Positions 38,576 through 47,988 of a DNA stretch of 64,000 bases are shown in pieces. Positions within the stretch are counted from its first letter, which is position 1; every line of letters starts with the position of its first letter. This stretch comes from a virus. The stretch spans positions 54,887 through 118,886 of the IMG/VR virus record IMGVR_UViG_3300034111_000335; one strand, given 5' to 3'. A model generated the notes under the pieces. It did no database searches and was not told the DNA's origin. It saw only the letters and a list, made by a program, of their open reading frames with translations. The position numbers and the translations under genes are program-made.

Positions 38576-38581
38576 ATTGTT

Positions 38582-39022
38582 TTAATTTGTTTTTGCTTTG
38601 ATTACATCTAGACCTGCTGCTATTAATAGTTCTAATCCTGTTCTATCTCTATAATCTTCTAGATATACAAATGTAGTGATTCCACTTTGAATAATCAACT
38701 TAGCACAATGCACACAGCATGCATGAGTACAGTACATAACGGCTCCTTCTGTACTGATAGGACTCTTGCATGCTTTAGTAATTGCATTGGATTCTGAGTG
38801 GAGTACGTATTCAAAGGTTGTATCATTCTCTTCACATACATTTGGAAACCCTGAAGGAGTTCCATTATACCCAAAAGAGATAATGTTTCCGTTCTTTACG
38901 ATTAAAGATCCTACCTGGAGTCTCTTACAGTAAGATTCTTGAGCGATTCTTACAGCTAAATCTAAGTAAAGTTCAGACTTATCAGTCTTAGGCATGTTAT
39001 ATATGATAGGTATTTTATACAT
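38582..39022 (-). CDS. dCMP deaminase
   Basis: SYCKRLQVG, GYNGTP, HSESNA, CxxC (CVHC) zinc motifs. Confidence 0.9.
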   Translation of the reverse strand: MYKIPIIYNMPKTDKSELYLDLAVRIAQESYCKRLQVGSLIVKNGNIISFGYNGTPSGFPNVCEENDTTFEYVLHSESNAITKACKSPISTEGAVMYCTHACCVHCAKLIIQSGITTFVYLEDYRDRTGLELLIAAGLDVIKAKTN

Positions 39023-39473
39023 TATTGTTTATTAAAAATTGTTCAGGTGGTACAAATCTACAAAGTTCTCTTGGTATTCTGTAGAAATAATCTTCTCCAG
39101 ATCTTTCTCTCGTATTAATATATAACCTCTCTAAGTACTCTTTTTTAAAAATCTTATCAGATCTTACAATTAGAGCTGCATATGTTTTACTGCTTATAAT
39201 TATATAAAAGAACAAATGATCTTTACTAAATTTTTTCTTTCTATCTAAAAAAGAAACAGTAGAATATGGAAAACTATTCATATCAGTAAAAGCGGTATTT
39301 TTCATTTCTACTTCAAAGAAGTATCTTTTACCGTCTTTGTAGGCTACAATGTCTATGTTGTAATCTTCTTCCTCCTTTGGCTCAATTGTATAACCATGAC
39401 TTTCTAAGAAGGAACATGTAAGTTTCCTTCCTAGAGCGTCATATCGGTCATATTGATCTTTTACAAATTTCAA
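39015..39473 (-). CDS. PD-(D/E)xK endonuclease-like protein
   Basis: IDIVAYKDGKRYFFEVEMK (D..ExExK variant). AT-rich gene. Confidence 0.6.
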   Translation of the reverse strand: MKFVKDQYDRYDALGRKLTCSFLESHGYTIEPKEEEDYNIDIVAYKDGKRYFFEVEMKNTAFTDMNSFPYSTVSFLDRKKKFSKDHLFFYIIISSKTYAALIVRSDKIFKKEYLERLYINTRERSGEDYFYRIPRELCRFVPPEQFLINNNV

Positions 39474-39475
39474 AA

Positions 39476-39934
39476 CTATCTTAAACTGAGTTCAAATCTA
39501 AAGATTTCTTTTGGAATATCTACAACTACGTCTTTAAAATTTATATCACGATGTAAAAGAGATTTATAATCTTTGGACATGTCATTAAACCTACCTTGCT
39601 TAAACAATTCAATGTCTCTATGATATAAAGAACTAGGTCTAAAGACATACATAACCATGTTATCTACTTCATAATAGTCGTAGAAAGAGTCAAATCCTGT
39701 AATTTTAGTTTCAAACATCTCAAAAGCATCTTTGTCTGTAGGCTTAAACAAAAAGAACAAACAGTTAGTGTACTTACTTTTATACCCGTAATCATCTATG
39801 TAAACATTAACTAACCCAAAGTTAGCAAGTAAACGAGCAGCATTAGCCCCTGATGTAAATATCATGGGGCTAAGAAACTTGGTGGTATTGTTTGTAGTAT
39901 CTGAGTACACTTTACACAATTCTAAGTCCGTCAT
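39476..39934 (-). CDS. Hypothetical crAss-like protein
   Basis: 152 aa. FLSPMI..NVYI..LFKQGRFNDMSKDYK. Confidence 0.55.
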   Translation of the reverse strand: MTDLELCKVYSDTTNNTTKFLSPMIFTSGANAARLLANFGLVNVYIDDYGYKSKYTNCLFFLFKPTDKDAFEMFETKITGFDSFYDYYEVDNMVMYVFRPSSLYHRDIELFKQGRFNDMSKDYKSLLHRDINFKDVVVDIPKEIFRFELSLR

Positions 39935-40880
39935 TCCAGTAGTCCTCCATTGTATATGCCCACATATCGTTTTCTGAGTGCCATTTTAAGCGTTGAATTG
40001 CTTGGTGGAACCCTTCATACTCCTTACCTAAGTAAGTGCCTCCCATCTTTCCTAAATCCATTAGCTTGTCTGACATCTCATAGATCAAAGGACTACCTGG
40101 ATACTTCTGACTCTCTACGATAAATCTAAAGTTATGTATAGTCAAGTTCTCTCCGTAGATATTTAGGTCTGTCTGCTTAAGAGCTTCTGTGTAGAAAGCT
40201 GCTTGGAAATCATATCTGTGTTTAAGCAACATCTCTACCCAATAGTTTAAAGAAGTTGTGGTTGTTTTAAGGTCAATAGGATATAAGATGTTGTTCACTG
40301 TGTCAACTACCACTAAATCCAAAAGACCCTTACAAGCAATTCCTTCGTATTCAAACTGAAGAGACTGTTGGGTAAATACTTTAAACTGTGAATTCCCTAC
40401 TACGTACTTAGAAGTAAAGGGACTCATCTTAAGAGTGTTTGCTACGTTCTGAATGGTTGCATACTGAATAGGACTTACTACTTTCTTTCCTTCCCCAGCA
40501 ATCAAGTCATCATAATAGGCTTTACCCTCTTTCTCGAATCTTTCTCTTACCTTAGCGAGAGTATCACGCTTAAATCCTGCTAATTCGTAGGCTATGTTTT
40601 CTGCCATAGTATCATTACGATTAGCAAATAGATGCCATACAAAGTCTCCCATCTGTCCTGTAGGTCTTTCTACAGTACTGAAATAGAATTGCTCCATGAA
40701 TACATCTTCTCCTTGAGTTAATAATAAATCTACTCCATCACCTATAACTGTTACTTCTGCTGGTTCATCCATGTCAGAATTAGGATCGTAGTTAATATAA
40801 AGGTTAGGGTGTAAAAGTATTTTCTTTAGCCTACTCTGGCTTTGTGCTGTGTTGGATAAATAATCCTCGTCTAAAATCAT
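39912..40880 (-). CDS. PD-(D/E)xK exonuclease (RecE/DUF3799-like)
   Basis: SQSRLK, CKGLLDLVVVD..IDLKTT, YDFQAAFY motifs. Confidence 0.8.
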   Translation of the reverse strand: MILDEDYLSNTAQSQSRLKKILLHPNLYINYDPNSDMDEPAEVTVIGDGVDLLLTQGEDVFMEQFYFSTVERPTGQMGDFVWHLFANRNDTMAENIAYELAGFKRDTLAKVRERFEKEGKAYYDDLIAGEGKKVVSPIQYATIQNVANTLKMSPFTSKYVVGNSQFKVFTQQSLQFEYEGIACKGLLDLVVVDTVNNILYPIDLKTTTTSLNYWVEMLLKHRYDFQAAFYTEALKQTDLNIYGENLTIHNFRFIVESQKYPGSPLIYEMSDKLMDLGKMGGTYLGKEYEGFHQAIQRLKWHSENDMWAYTMEDYWNDGLRIV

Positions 40881-41053
40881 TGCTTCGTAAATTTAATAGT
40901 TAGTGTAAACCATAAGAACCCTAAATGAATACTAAACCTCTCTCTAGAGTTAGTGCGACTAAAAGTTAATATGGGTAAAGGATAGAAGAACCAATAAGGA
41001 TAATTCCTTTGGCCTTTGGTTAGTTTGGAAAAGTTACTTACTTGAATCTTCAT
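40877..41053 (-). CDS. 58-aa hypothetical protein (not in ORF track)
   Basis: Manual translation MKIQVSNFSK..FLWFTLTIKFTKQ*. Fills the gap, with an ATGA overlap to the exonuclease start. Confidence 0.6.
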   Translation of the reverse strand: MKIQVSNFSKLTKGQRNYPYWFFYPLPILTFSRTNSRERFSIHLGFLWFTLTIKFTKQ

Positions 41054-41393
41054 GGGTCAAATCATTAAACTCAGGCTTCTCTCTTAAGATATAGGCAATA
41101 AACATAGCATTACATTGTATGTGTCCTATATGGTGGATAAGAGATTCTTTGTCATGAGACTCTCCTGATAACAAACTAAAAGTATGTCTCAACATACTCT
41201 CTAATACTTCGCTAGCTGGCATTCCTTTCTTCCAATTATCTTTAGCGTATTTCTTAGCTCCGAACTCTAGTACTTCTACCATAGGTTCTAAAGACTTAAA
41301 ATCTACTAAAGACCACTGAGCCTTACCTTTGTTGTATCGTAGTGCTTGACTACCCTCATTATAGTCTTCCATAGCAGGAAAATCGTTAGCCAT
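41034..41393 (-). CDS. dATP/dGTP diphosphohydrolase domain protein (DUF5664-like)
   Basis: RYNKGKAQWSLV..VLEFGAKKYAKDNWKKG..MLRH..DKESLIHHIGHIQCNAMF. Confidence 0.8.
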   Translation of the reverse strand: MANDFPAMEDYNEGSQALRYNKGKAQWSLVDFKSLEPMVEVLEFGAKKYAKDNWKKGMPASEVLESMLRHTFSLLSGESHDKESLIHHIGHIQCNAMFIAYILREKPEFNDLTHEDSSK

Positions 41394-41395
41394 AG

Positions 41396-41668
41396 TTAAC
41401 GTTTTAAGGCACCTGTAGTAGTTTTAGAAATAGGATAAGCAGGAACTACTGTAAGAATAACTCTTCCAAATTTCATAGGAAGAACATTAGTTACAATAGA
41501 CATTACTTCATTACAGTTTACTATAGTTCCTAATTGGATAGTTTGACTGTATTCATCTCCATAATAGGTGACCATGTTTTCTCCATAAGCGTAGGAGTGT
41601 GCGACATCAGGGGAGCCAACAGCTTCCACTTTGTCTGATTCTGTGCGGGGTTCTATAATATATAACAT
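41396..41668 (-). CDS. Hypothetical protein
   Basis: 90 aa ORF in the operon. Confidence 0.5.
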   Translation of the reverse strand: MLYIIEPRTESDKVEAVGSPDVAHSYAYGENMVTYYGDEYSQTIQLGTIVNCNEVMSIVTNVLPMKFGRVILTVVPAYPISKTTTGALKR

Positions 41669-41673
41669 AATTT

Positions 41674-42111
41674 TTAGTCTAGTTCTGGTACTTCCACTCC
41701 CAGGATTTCTCTTGCAAATAAGATCACATCTTGTATAAACTTATGTACTTCGTCTTTCTTACCGTTAGATAAAGAGAGAGGAGTTTTAATAAACTGTCCT
41801 TGGAACATAGTCTCTTCGTAGAAGTACTTGTCTTTAAGGAATGTTACTACGTCCTCTTTGCTATATACTTCCCCTGTAAGCGACTCAAAGCCTGCTTTTA
41901 CTATAGGTACTAGGGTACTATAGAAATAAGCTAACTGAGGGTTTGTTTTCTTAGAATCTATTCTAGTAATACAAACTTCTACATCTATACTCGGATCTTG
42001 TTTCATAAGTTCTTTAAAGTATGATTGCATTAACTCTTTATCTCCCTTAAGATAAACGTTACCATCTATATTAAGGGAAAGAGTTGCAGGTATGTAAACT
42101 CTATTTATCAT
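41674..42111 (-). CDS. NinB/Orf-like recombination-associated protein
   Basis: KKTNPQLAYFYS..FLKDKY..SLS..EVHKFIQDV..FA..LGV resembles the NinB/DUF1367 pattern. Confidence 0.55.
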   Translation of the reverse strand: MINRVYIPATLSLNIDGNVYLKGDKELMQSYFKELMKQDPSIDVEVCITRIDSKKTNPQLAYFYSTLVPIVKAGFESLTGEVYSKEDVVTFLKDKYFYEETMFQGQFIKTPLSLSNGKKDEVHKFIQDVILFAREILGVEVPELD

Positions 42112-42361
42112 TAGTTCTCTTTTCTATTTCTTCCAAAAGCAAAAATGCCAACTCTTCGTCTTCTTCTATCTGGTTACTTACGTTTCTCTTCTGCAAATAT
42201 CCGTCTAAAATTTTAATAAAGTAAGCATTTTTTGCTTTTGCTTCGTTAATTGCTTTCCGTAAATCGTCATTAACAAACTCACGGATAAACTGATACTGTG
42301 TGTTAACTGCTCTAGCAAGGAGATAAGTTCTTCTTACCTCCTTTATCTGTTCATCTGTCAT
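42101..42361 (-). CDS. Hypothetical protein
   Basis: 86 aa helical ORF with overlapping start/stop junctions. Confidence 0.55.
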   Translation of the reverse strand: MTDEQIKEVRRTYLLARAVNTQYQFIREFVNDDLRKAINEAKAKNAYFIKILDGYLQKRNVSNQIEEDEELAFLLLEEIEKRTNDK

Positions 42362-42906
42362 TACTCTGCTGCGTAGCCAAAGAATACATATAGGCCATTA
42401 CACTCATCTTTGCTCTTCTTGTATTCAATCTTAGCAACCTGAGCGTTACCTTCAACCAATTGTTTAACAATATTTACCGTAGTACTAGTCTTAGTACGTT
42501 CTGAGTAAGCTCTAGCTATCTTAATTGCTTCTGCTTGTAAGATATGACTACCTATTACTCCGTCACGTGTTCTAACTTCATATTTGGTTTCCCAAACTCG
42601 CTTACCTACCTGTGGATTTAACTCTACTTGGGTTTTAATCTTGTTAGAGTTTGGTTTAGGATCTTTAGCACAGATTGCCCAACAGTCTCTTTTACCCATA
42701 GAATCATAAGAATCATCTACAAAGTCTCCTAAGGATTTTTTAGATGCTTGATACTTTTTAGTTACGTCTGTAAAACTGTAAGTTGTGCTTATTGTTCCGT
42801 TGTATGGATCATTCCCACAATCATCAATAGCTTGTTCTACTAATTCACGGTACCCTTCTGACATAGAAGGGGCTGATACTGTGTTATAAAATGTTGTTGC
42901 TCCCAT
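42361..42906 (-). CDS. Hypothetical conserved phage protein
   Basis: 181 aa. MGATTF..GNDPYNGTIST..YVFFGYAAE. A-rich leader. Confidence 0.6.
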   Translation of the reverse strand: MGATTFYNTVSAPSMSEGYRELVEQAIDDCGNDPYNGTISTTYSFTDVTKKYQASKKSLGDFVDDSYDSMGKRDCWAICAKDPKPNSNKIKTQVELNPQVGKRVWETKYEVRTRDGVIGSHILQAEAIKIARAYSERTKTSTTVNIVKQLVEGNAQVAKIEYKKSKDECNGLYVFFGYAAE

Positions 42907-42953
42907 GATTTTAATTTTAATTTTAATTTTAAGTTTAGTTTTTTAGTTTTAAT

Positions 42954-44924
42954 TTACTTCTTCCAATACGGTGCAATACAAGGATCTGCTTTAAGAGGAA
43001 CTCTTTTACAAAACTTAGCACCTGCATCTACCATTGATTTTTCTAATTGTGCAGCAGCCTGTTGCGCAATTTCCTCAGGCGTTTCTATTAATATCTCATC
43101 GTGTATTATATTGACTATCAATACTTTAAATAATAAATTATTAGGTACTAGATATTTAGTCCAAAAATACACACAAGCTAACTTAGTAATCTCTGCGGAT
43201 TCACCTTGAATAGGATAGTTCAAAGACATGCGTTCAATGTCTCCACGTTTTCTAAAGAATTGACTTACCTTCTCTTTCATCTTTCTAGCCGTAGGTGTGT
43301 TTGCATTCTTCATCTGCTTGTACCTGTCCCAGAAATCTTTGTTCATCTCGTTCTTAAGTTTAGAAAACTCATCGTAGTAATCTACGTAAGACTTCTTACC
43401 TGTTACGGGTGAGATAAGAACATAGCCATTCTCTACGCCAAACTTCTTTGCTTCATCAAAATAAGACTTAAGTCCTGGAAAAGCATTAAAGTAAGAATCA
43501 TAAATATGTTGACCTTGTTCTACACTAAGTCCTAGTTGATCTGCAATACCAATACCTGAGCCACCATAGTTAATAGCAAAGCCTGCAACCTTAGCTGATT
43601 GTCTCTTATCCTTGTGTTTCTTCTTGATGTCATTAAGATCCATACCATCTAGTTCGTTATACATTTTAGATGCTACGAATGAATGCATGTCTCCTAAGTC
43701 TTTGTCGTAGAATTCTAAAAGGTTTTTATCTAGACACTTGTTAACTAATACAATTTGCTCTTGGCCTGTATAGTCACAACCTACTAGAGTGTTTCCTTCT
43801 GATGCTACGAAACAAGATCTTGTTTCTTGGTCTGAGGGAATGTTCTGAAAGTTAAAGTTCTTTACGTCTCCTGATTTACCACCACTAGATAAGCGTCCTG
43901 TGTTCATCAACTGCTTAAACTGTGTGTGGATTCTTCCGCTTACTGGATTAATTTGATCTATCCAGTTCTGTCCGTAAGTCCCTATGTCTTTTTGAGCTCC
44001 TTTAAACTTTAAATAAGTCTCAATAATGGGGTATTTTGAGCTGTATTTTACTAGATGGTTAGCTTCAATGGTGTCTTTAGTCTTTCCTTTCTCTACTACT
44101 TTAGTGTTTACACCTAGTGCCTGAAAGAATTCTACTACCTGTGAAGGTGAGTTCCAATTCACATTAACCTTAGTCGAAGAAGAGAAGAGGTCAAGTTGAG
44201 AGTCGATAAACTTTTCCATCTTATTATCTAGGATGAATTGGTTTAACTGTGCTTCAGCTTCATCTGCTATGGCTTGTACTTTGTTTATCTTAGCTGTCCA
44301 TTGCTCTACGTCTAGTTTCATTCCTGAATACTCGATGTAGGCTAGTACTAATACAAACTTATTGTCCAAATCAATGGACACTGAGGTACCATCTGCTAGC
44401 TGTAAGAATTCTTGTTTGTCCTTTAATTCGTGTAGATACTTTACGTCATACGCAGAGTACTTTACGAAACCTTCAGTAAGTCTACCTGTAATATTTAGTC
44501 GCTCTTCTTTGCTTAGTATGATTCCACAATGACGTAGTACACAAGCAGCAAGTGAGCATCTATGGCTTTCTATACCTAGGCGAGATGTTTTTTCTCCTAA
44601 GAAGGTATCGTATACCTTTGTTGGAATTACCCTATAATGATAAAGGAATCTTAGGTCAAACTTTAAGTTATGACCAATAAGACCCTTAGTCTCTAATAAC
44701 TCTTTGTATTCGTTGATGTCAATCGTAGTTAAGTCTATTACGTATTGAACATCGTTATCTCCTAACTGAAGAGTATACAGTTTAGTAGTGTAAGGATCGA
44801 AACCTGAGGTCTCTGTGTCCAAACCTATCCACTCTAACTTGTTTAAGTATTCGAGGGACTCTTGTACTGTAGTAAGGGTAATGTCGGGTAAGGAGATATC
44901 TTGTTTGGTAACTAGATATATCAT
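42954..44924 (-). CDS. polA: DNA polymerase family A with 3'-5' exonuclease
   Basis: DTETSG and GHNLKFD (exonuclease), TGRLSS, NFQNIP, DYTGQE (motif A), RQSAKVAGFAINYG (motif B), NYPIQG, IHDE (motif C). Confidence 0.95.
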   Translation of the reverse strand: MIYLVTKQDISLPDITLTTVQESLEYLNKLEWIGLDTETSGFDPYTTKLYTLQLGDNDVQYVIDLTTIDINEYKELLETKGLIGHNLKFDLRFLYHYRVIPTKVYDTFLGEKTSRLGIESHRCSLAACVLRHCGIILSKEERLNITGRLTEGFVKYSAYDVKYLHELKDKQEFLQLADGTSVSIDLDNKFVLVLAYIEYSGMKLDVEQWTAKINKVQAIADEAEAQLNQFILDNKMEKFIDSQLDLFSSSTKVNVNWNSPSQVVEFFQALGVNTKVVEKGKTKDTIEANHLVKYSSKYPIIETYLKFKGAQKDIGTYGQNWIDQINPVSGRIHTQFKQLMNTGRLSSGGKSGDVKNFNFQNIPSDQETRSCFVASEGNTLVGCDYTGQEQIVLVNKCLDKNLLEFYDKDLGDMHSFVASKMYNELDGMDLNDIKKKHKDKRQSAKVAGFAINYGGSGIGIADQLGLSVEQGQHIYDSYFNAFPGLKSYFDEAKKFGVENGYVLISPVTGKKSYVDYYDEFSKLKNEMNKDFWDRYKQMKNANTPTARKMKEKVSQFFRKRGDIERMSLNYPIQGESAEITKLACVYFWTKYLVPNNLLFKVLIVNIIHDEILIETPEEIAQQAAAQLEKSMVDAGAKFCKRVPLKADPCIAPYWKK

Positions 44925-45565
44925 TTTAAAATGGGTCCTACTATCTTGTTATAATCATTTAAAGCCTGTTTAAGCTTTTCATACTTCTGCTCTTGTGAGT
45001 AGTTGCCTTGTTCAATATCGGTAAGGCAGGTTCTGTACACATCGTAGATAAGCTTTCTATCGTGGTTACTTAACTTAAGAATCTTATTCGAAAGTTGTAG
45101 CATGTCTTCTGTGGTATCTTCTCCCCATATCTTGTTTAAAGATTTACCTAAGTTCCATACGTGATGAGGGGTATAAAGATTGCACTTAGGACAAGCTGGT
45201 AATAAGTTAGTTAAGTGATAACGAGTAGATACTTTAGTTCTACCTACAAAGTGAGCACATTGAAGTCCTTTAGGATCTAGAGTAATCTCACAAGCATGGC
45301 ACTTATTAATGTGTGCACCTCTTACTAACCATGATGTTATTTGATCTAACTTGGTTTGAGTAATAGTTTCTTGTTTGATCTTACGTTTAATTTCTTTGCG
45401 GACTTTTTGCTTAGCTTTCTTTTCTTTTACTACACATCCTGCACAAAGTCTTTTAGTCTTGTTGGCGATAGCTTTTACTTTACCGCACTCAGAGCAAGGC
45501 TTCTGCAAGTCTCTTTCTTCGGGATTTCCTTTTACAGGAACTTTCTTGATTGTTCTCTTTAACAT
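44921..45565 (-). CDS. NinG/Rap-like HNH nuclease with N-terminal zinc finger
   Basis: CSEC..CAGC, then CHAC..QCAHF..TRYHLTNLLPACPKCN. Start is taken at the ATG at 45565, downstream of a promoter box. Confidence 0.7.
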   Translation of the reverse strand: MLKRTIKKVPVKGNPEERDLQKPCSECGKVKAIANKTKRLCAGCVVKEKKAKQKVRKEIKRKIKQETITQTKLDQITSWLVRGAHINKCHACEITLDPKGLQCAHFVGRTKVSTRYHLTNLLPACPKCNLYTPHHVWNLGKSLNKIWGEDTTEDMLQLSNKILKLSNHDRKLIYDVYRTCLTDIEQGNYSQEQKYEKLKQALNDYNKIVGPILK

Positions 45566-45571
45566 GGTGTA

Positions 45572-45579
45572 CAAATATA
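45572..45579 (-). promoter_or_regulatory. TAnnTTTG -7 box
   Basis: TATATTTG on the - strand, 6 nt before the ATG at 45565 and just after a terminator. Confidence 0.55.
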
Positions 45580-45582
45580 ACT

Positions 45583-45620
45583 AAAAGAAAAGGGGATCTG
45601 TTGACCCCCTAATCTTTTTT
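45583..45620 (-). terminator. Probable terminator after DUF932 gene
   Basis: AGGGG..CCCCT hairpin with a T-rich tail on the - strand. Confidence 0.55.
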
Positions 45621-45634
45621 GGCATGCAAGAGAA

Positions 45635-46483
45635 TTACAAAGTTAACCTAGCTTCGTGTATAGGAGTGTAGGTTTCAGAAATTAATTCTAAGCCTCTGTT
45701 GTTGATGTTGTAAGCTGTTCCGTGGATCAAAGACTCACGCTTATGCTCTATACTCTTGTGTCCCATCATATAGTTAGTGAAACGAGTAGTAGCATTAAAC
45801 AAAGCATAAGCTGTATTACCATGAGTGTTATACTCAGTAGCAATAGCTTGTTTGAAATCTAAGATACGATTCTTAGTACGTCCTGCTTCTCCATCACCTC
45901 CGATAATACCTAAGATAAAATCCTCTGTAACTACTTCAGGAATGTTAATTTTACTCAATTCGATTAACTTCTCAACAAATTGCTCCTCTTGAGTAAGAGA
46001 GTTTTGTAGTTGAGAGATGATAATAGCTAATCTTCCGTGAGAGTTCTTAGTGTGTCTTACCCTCTGAGACTCTCTTAGAGCCATGTAAAACGTGTTAGCA
46101 CATACAACTGTCACATTGGTTGCTCCGAAGCCAATAGGAGCACTACCATCGTGTGAAGTAAGGGCTGTAAGAAACCTCTTATTGTCAGATCCACCGATAG
46201 TAACATCAGTTAGAGGGAATTGATAGTATACTTTCTGGCCGTCTCCTAAGAAACCACCTCTTTCTCCTGAGATATTAACCCTAGCAGCAGCTTCTAAAAG
46301 CATGTCTAAGATTTCTTCATTCTGTGTAGGAACATATTTAGATCCTACAATACCTAAACACTTGTTAGTATCTCCTCTGAAGATACCAAAAGCAGGAGTA
46401 GGTTCTCCGTTAGGACCTACTAGTTCACGTTTGTCTACTGTCCAGTTAGTCCTGGAGGTTTCTAATAATTGTTGTTTGTTCAT
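45635..46483 (-). CDS. DUF932 family protein
   Basis: WTVDKR..RGDTNKCLGIVGSKYVPTQNEE, TSHDGS, VVCANT, RHT, TAYALFNATT. Confidence 0.85.
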   Translation of the reverse strand: MNKQQLLETSRTNWTVDKRELVGPNGEPTPAFGIFRGDTNKCLGIVGSKYVPTQNEEILDMLLEAAARVNISGERGGFLGDGQKVYYQFPLTDVTIGGSDNKRFLTALTSHDGSAPIGFGATNVTVVCANTFYMALRESQRVRHTKNSHGRLAIIISQLQNSLTQEEQFVEKLIELSKINIPEVVTEDFILGIIGGDGEAGRTKNRILDFKQAIATEYNTHGNTAYALFNATTRFTNYMMGHKSIEHKRESLIHGTAYNINNRGLELISETYTPIHEARLTL

Positions 46484-46677
46484 AAGGCTGGTCTTTTAAA
46501 TGTTTCAATAAAGTTTTGTAGTTCTTCTAGTTCTTTAATTCTACCTTGTACTTCACAATAGTCGTACTCGGTACTTTGTTCCATTAGTTTGGTTTGTTTT
46601 ACTCTTTCAGTAAAGTGTTCTATTAATTTAGATTTAAATTCTAAATGACTTAATGTCTCGAAATCTTGCCAATTCAT
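46480..46677 (-). CDS. Hypothetical protein
   Basis: 65 aa ORF with ATGA overlap. Confidence 0.55.
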   Translation of the reverse strand: MNWQDFETLSHLEFKSKLIEHFTERVKQTKLMEQSTEYDYCEVQGRIKELEELQNFIETFKRPAL

Positions 46678-46682
46678 ATTTT

Positions 46683-47384
46683 TTATTTTAAGTTTTGTAG
46701 CCAGTCTATATCATCACGATTACTGGCCATTAATATTTCGTTTATTCTTTTAAAGTGGTTACATTCCCACTTACCTCCAGCGTATAGAGCGGCTGCAGGA
46801 TGAGATGCTACTAATACGTGATGAAATTTATCATCAATCAGGTGAGCAAACTTTAAAGCGTCTTTACCCCAGAAACAAAAAATAAGTCCTGTGGTGCTTT
46901 CGTTTAAAGTTTTGAATACAGCTTCTGTAAATTGAGTCCAATGAGCTAGATGAGAACCTGACTTACCTTCTTCGATAGTTAAAGCTGCGTTAATTAAAAG
47001 AACTCCTTGCTTAGCCCATGCTTCTAGGTCCATGTCAATAGGAAATGATAGTTCGTCTGGATAAATATCTTCTTTAATCTTGTTATACATAACCCTTAAA
47101 GAAGGAGGAACTTGATCTTTATTTCTAGGACTGAAAGCTAAGCCATGTGCTGTAGGTTCTCCTTTGTATCTACCTGGATACGGATCCATACCTAAGATAA
47201 CCACTCTTACTTTCTGAAAAGGGGTTAAATTAAAAGCCTTGAAGACTTCATCTTTGTAAGGAAGAATAGACTTAGTTTGTCTTTCCTTAGCAATGAAACC
47301 CCCAAGGCTCTTAAAATATGGACTCTCTATTGTATCTCTTAGGTGTAAATACCAATCATCTGGAATATTTACTAATTTTTTCAT
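46683..47384 (-). CDS. ung: Uracil-DNA glycosylase family 1
   Basis: VVILGMDPYP, AHGLAFS, PPSL, WAKQGVLLIN, WG, SHP motifs. Confidence 0.92.
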   Translation of the reverse strand: MKKLVNIPDDWYLHLRDTIESPYFKSLGGFIAKERQTKSILPYKDEVFKAFNLTPFQKVRVVILGMDPYPGRYKGEPTAHGLAFSPRNKDQVPPSLRVMYNKIKEDIYPDELSFPIDMDLEAWAKQGVLLINAALTIEEGKSGSHLAHWTQFTEAVFKTLNESTTGLIFCFWGKDALKFAHLIDDKFHHVLVASHPAAALYAGGKWECNHFKRINEILMASNRDDIDWLQNLK

Positions 47385-47988
47385 TAATCTCTTTTCTACG
47401 TTTACGTCTTCTGCTACTATCTAAAGTTTCTACAATAACATTAGCTCTAATCTCTGTATTCATCATACCAGGAAAAACATCATCTACCATGTTAAGGATT
47501 TGATTATATCTTACCTTATAGCTGTTCATTACATCGTAGAAGTCAGTATGCTGTCTAATCGAATGAATGATTGTAGAGTGATCTTTGCCTAGTAAGTTAC
47601 CTACTTTGGTATATGTGTAGTGAAATTGAATAAGTAAAACAGCAGCAAACTGAAATCTAGCTTCTACATACTCTCTCTTTCTGCTTAGTTTAACAAACTC
47701 TTCTACACTGATTCTATTGACGTTACAAACTATCTTTATAATAGTCTGCTCAAAGTCTGTAAACTTAGCTAGATTTACTTTAACCATCTGAGCTTTTTCT
47801 TGTGCTAGTTTTTTCTTTCTTGCATACTCTTCAGGATCGATTATATTAATCCTTCTTTGATAGAACTCTTTGTTTTTAGATTTTAAATTTACTGTATTCA
47901 ATAGACTCTCTTGCATAAGAGGTTCTATTTTGAGTTTTACGAACACAATTTCTAAAGCTTCTTTTACAATATCTTTAACTCTTGGCAT
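47356..47988 (-). CDS. Protein with DnaA C-terminal (domain IV-like) HTH
   Basis: SRKREYVEAR..YTKVGNLLGKDHSTIIHS matches the DnaA_C signature RDHTTV.H. No AAA+ domain. Confidence 0.75.
   Translation of the reverse strand: MPRVKDIVKEALEIVFVKLKIEPLMQESLLNTVNLKSKNKEFYQRRINIIDPEEYARKKKLAQEKAQMVKVNLAKFTDFEQTIIKIVCNVNRISVEEFVKLSRKREYVEARFQFAAVLLIQFHYTYTKVGNLLGKDHSTIIHSIRQHTDFYDVMNSYKVRYNQILNMVDDVFPGMMNTEIRANVIVETLDSSRRRKRRKEINEKISKYSR

Noticed and set aside
41034-44924. 2-aminoadenine (Z) genome system suggested by DUF5664 plus PolA
   Set aside because: No PurZ or DatZ-like gene is visible in the window. DUF5664 alone is insufficient evidence.
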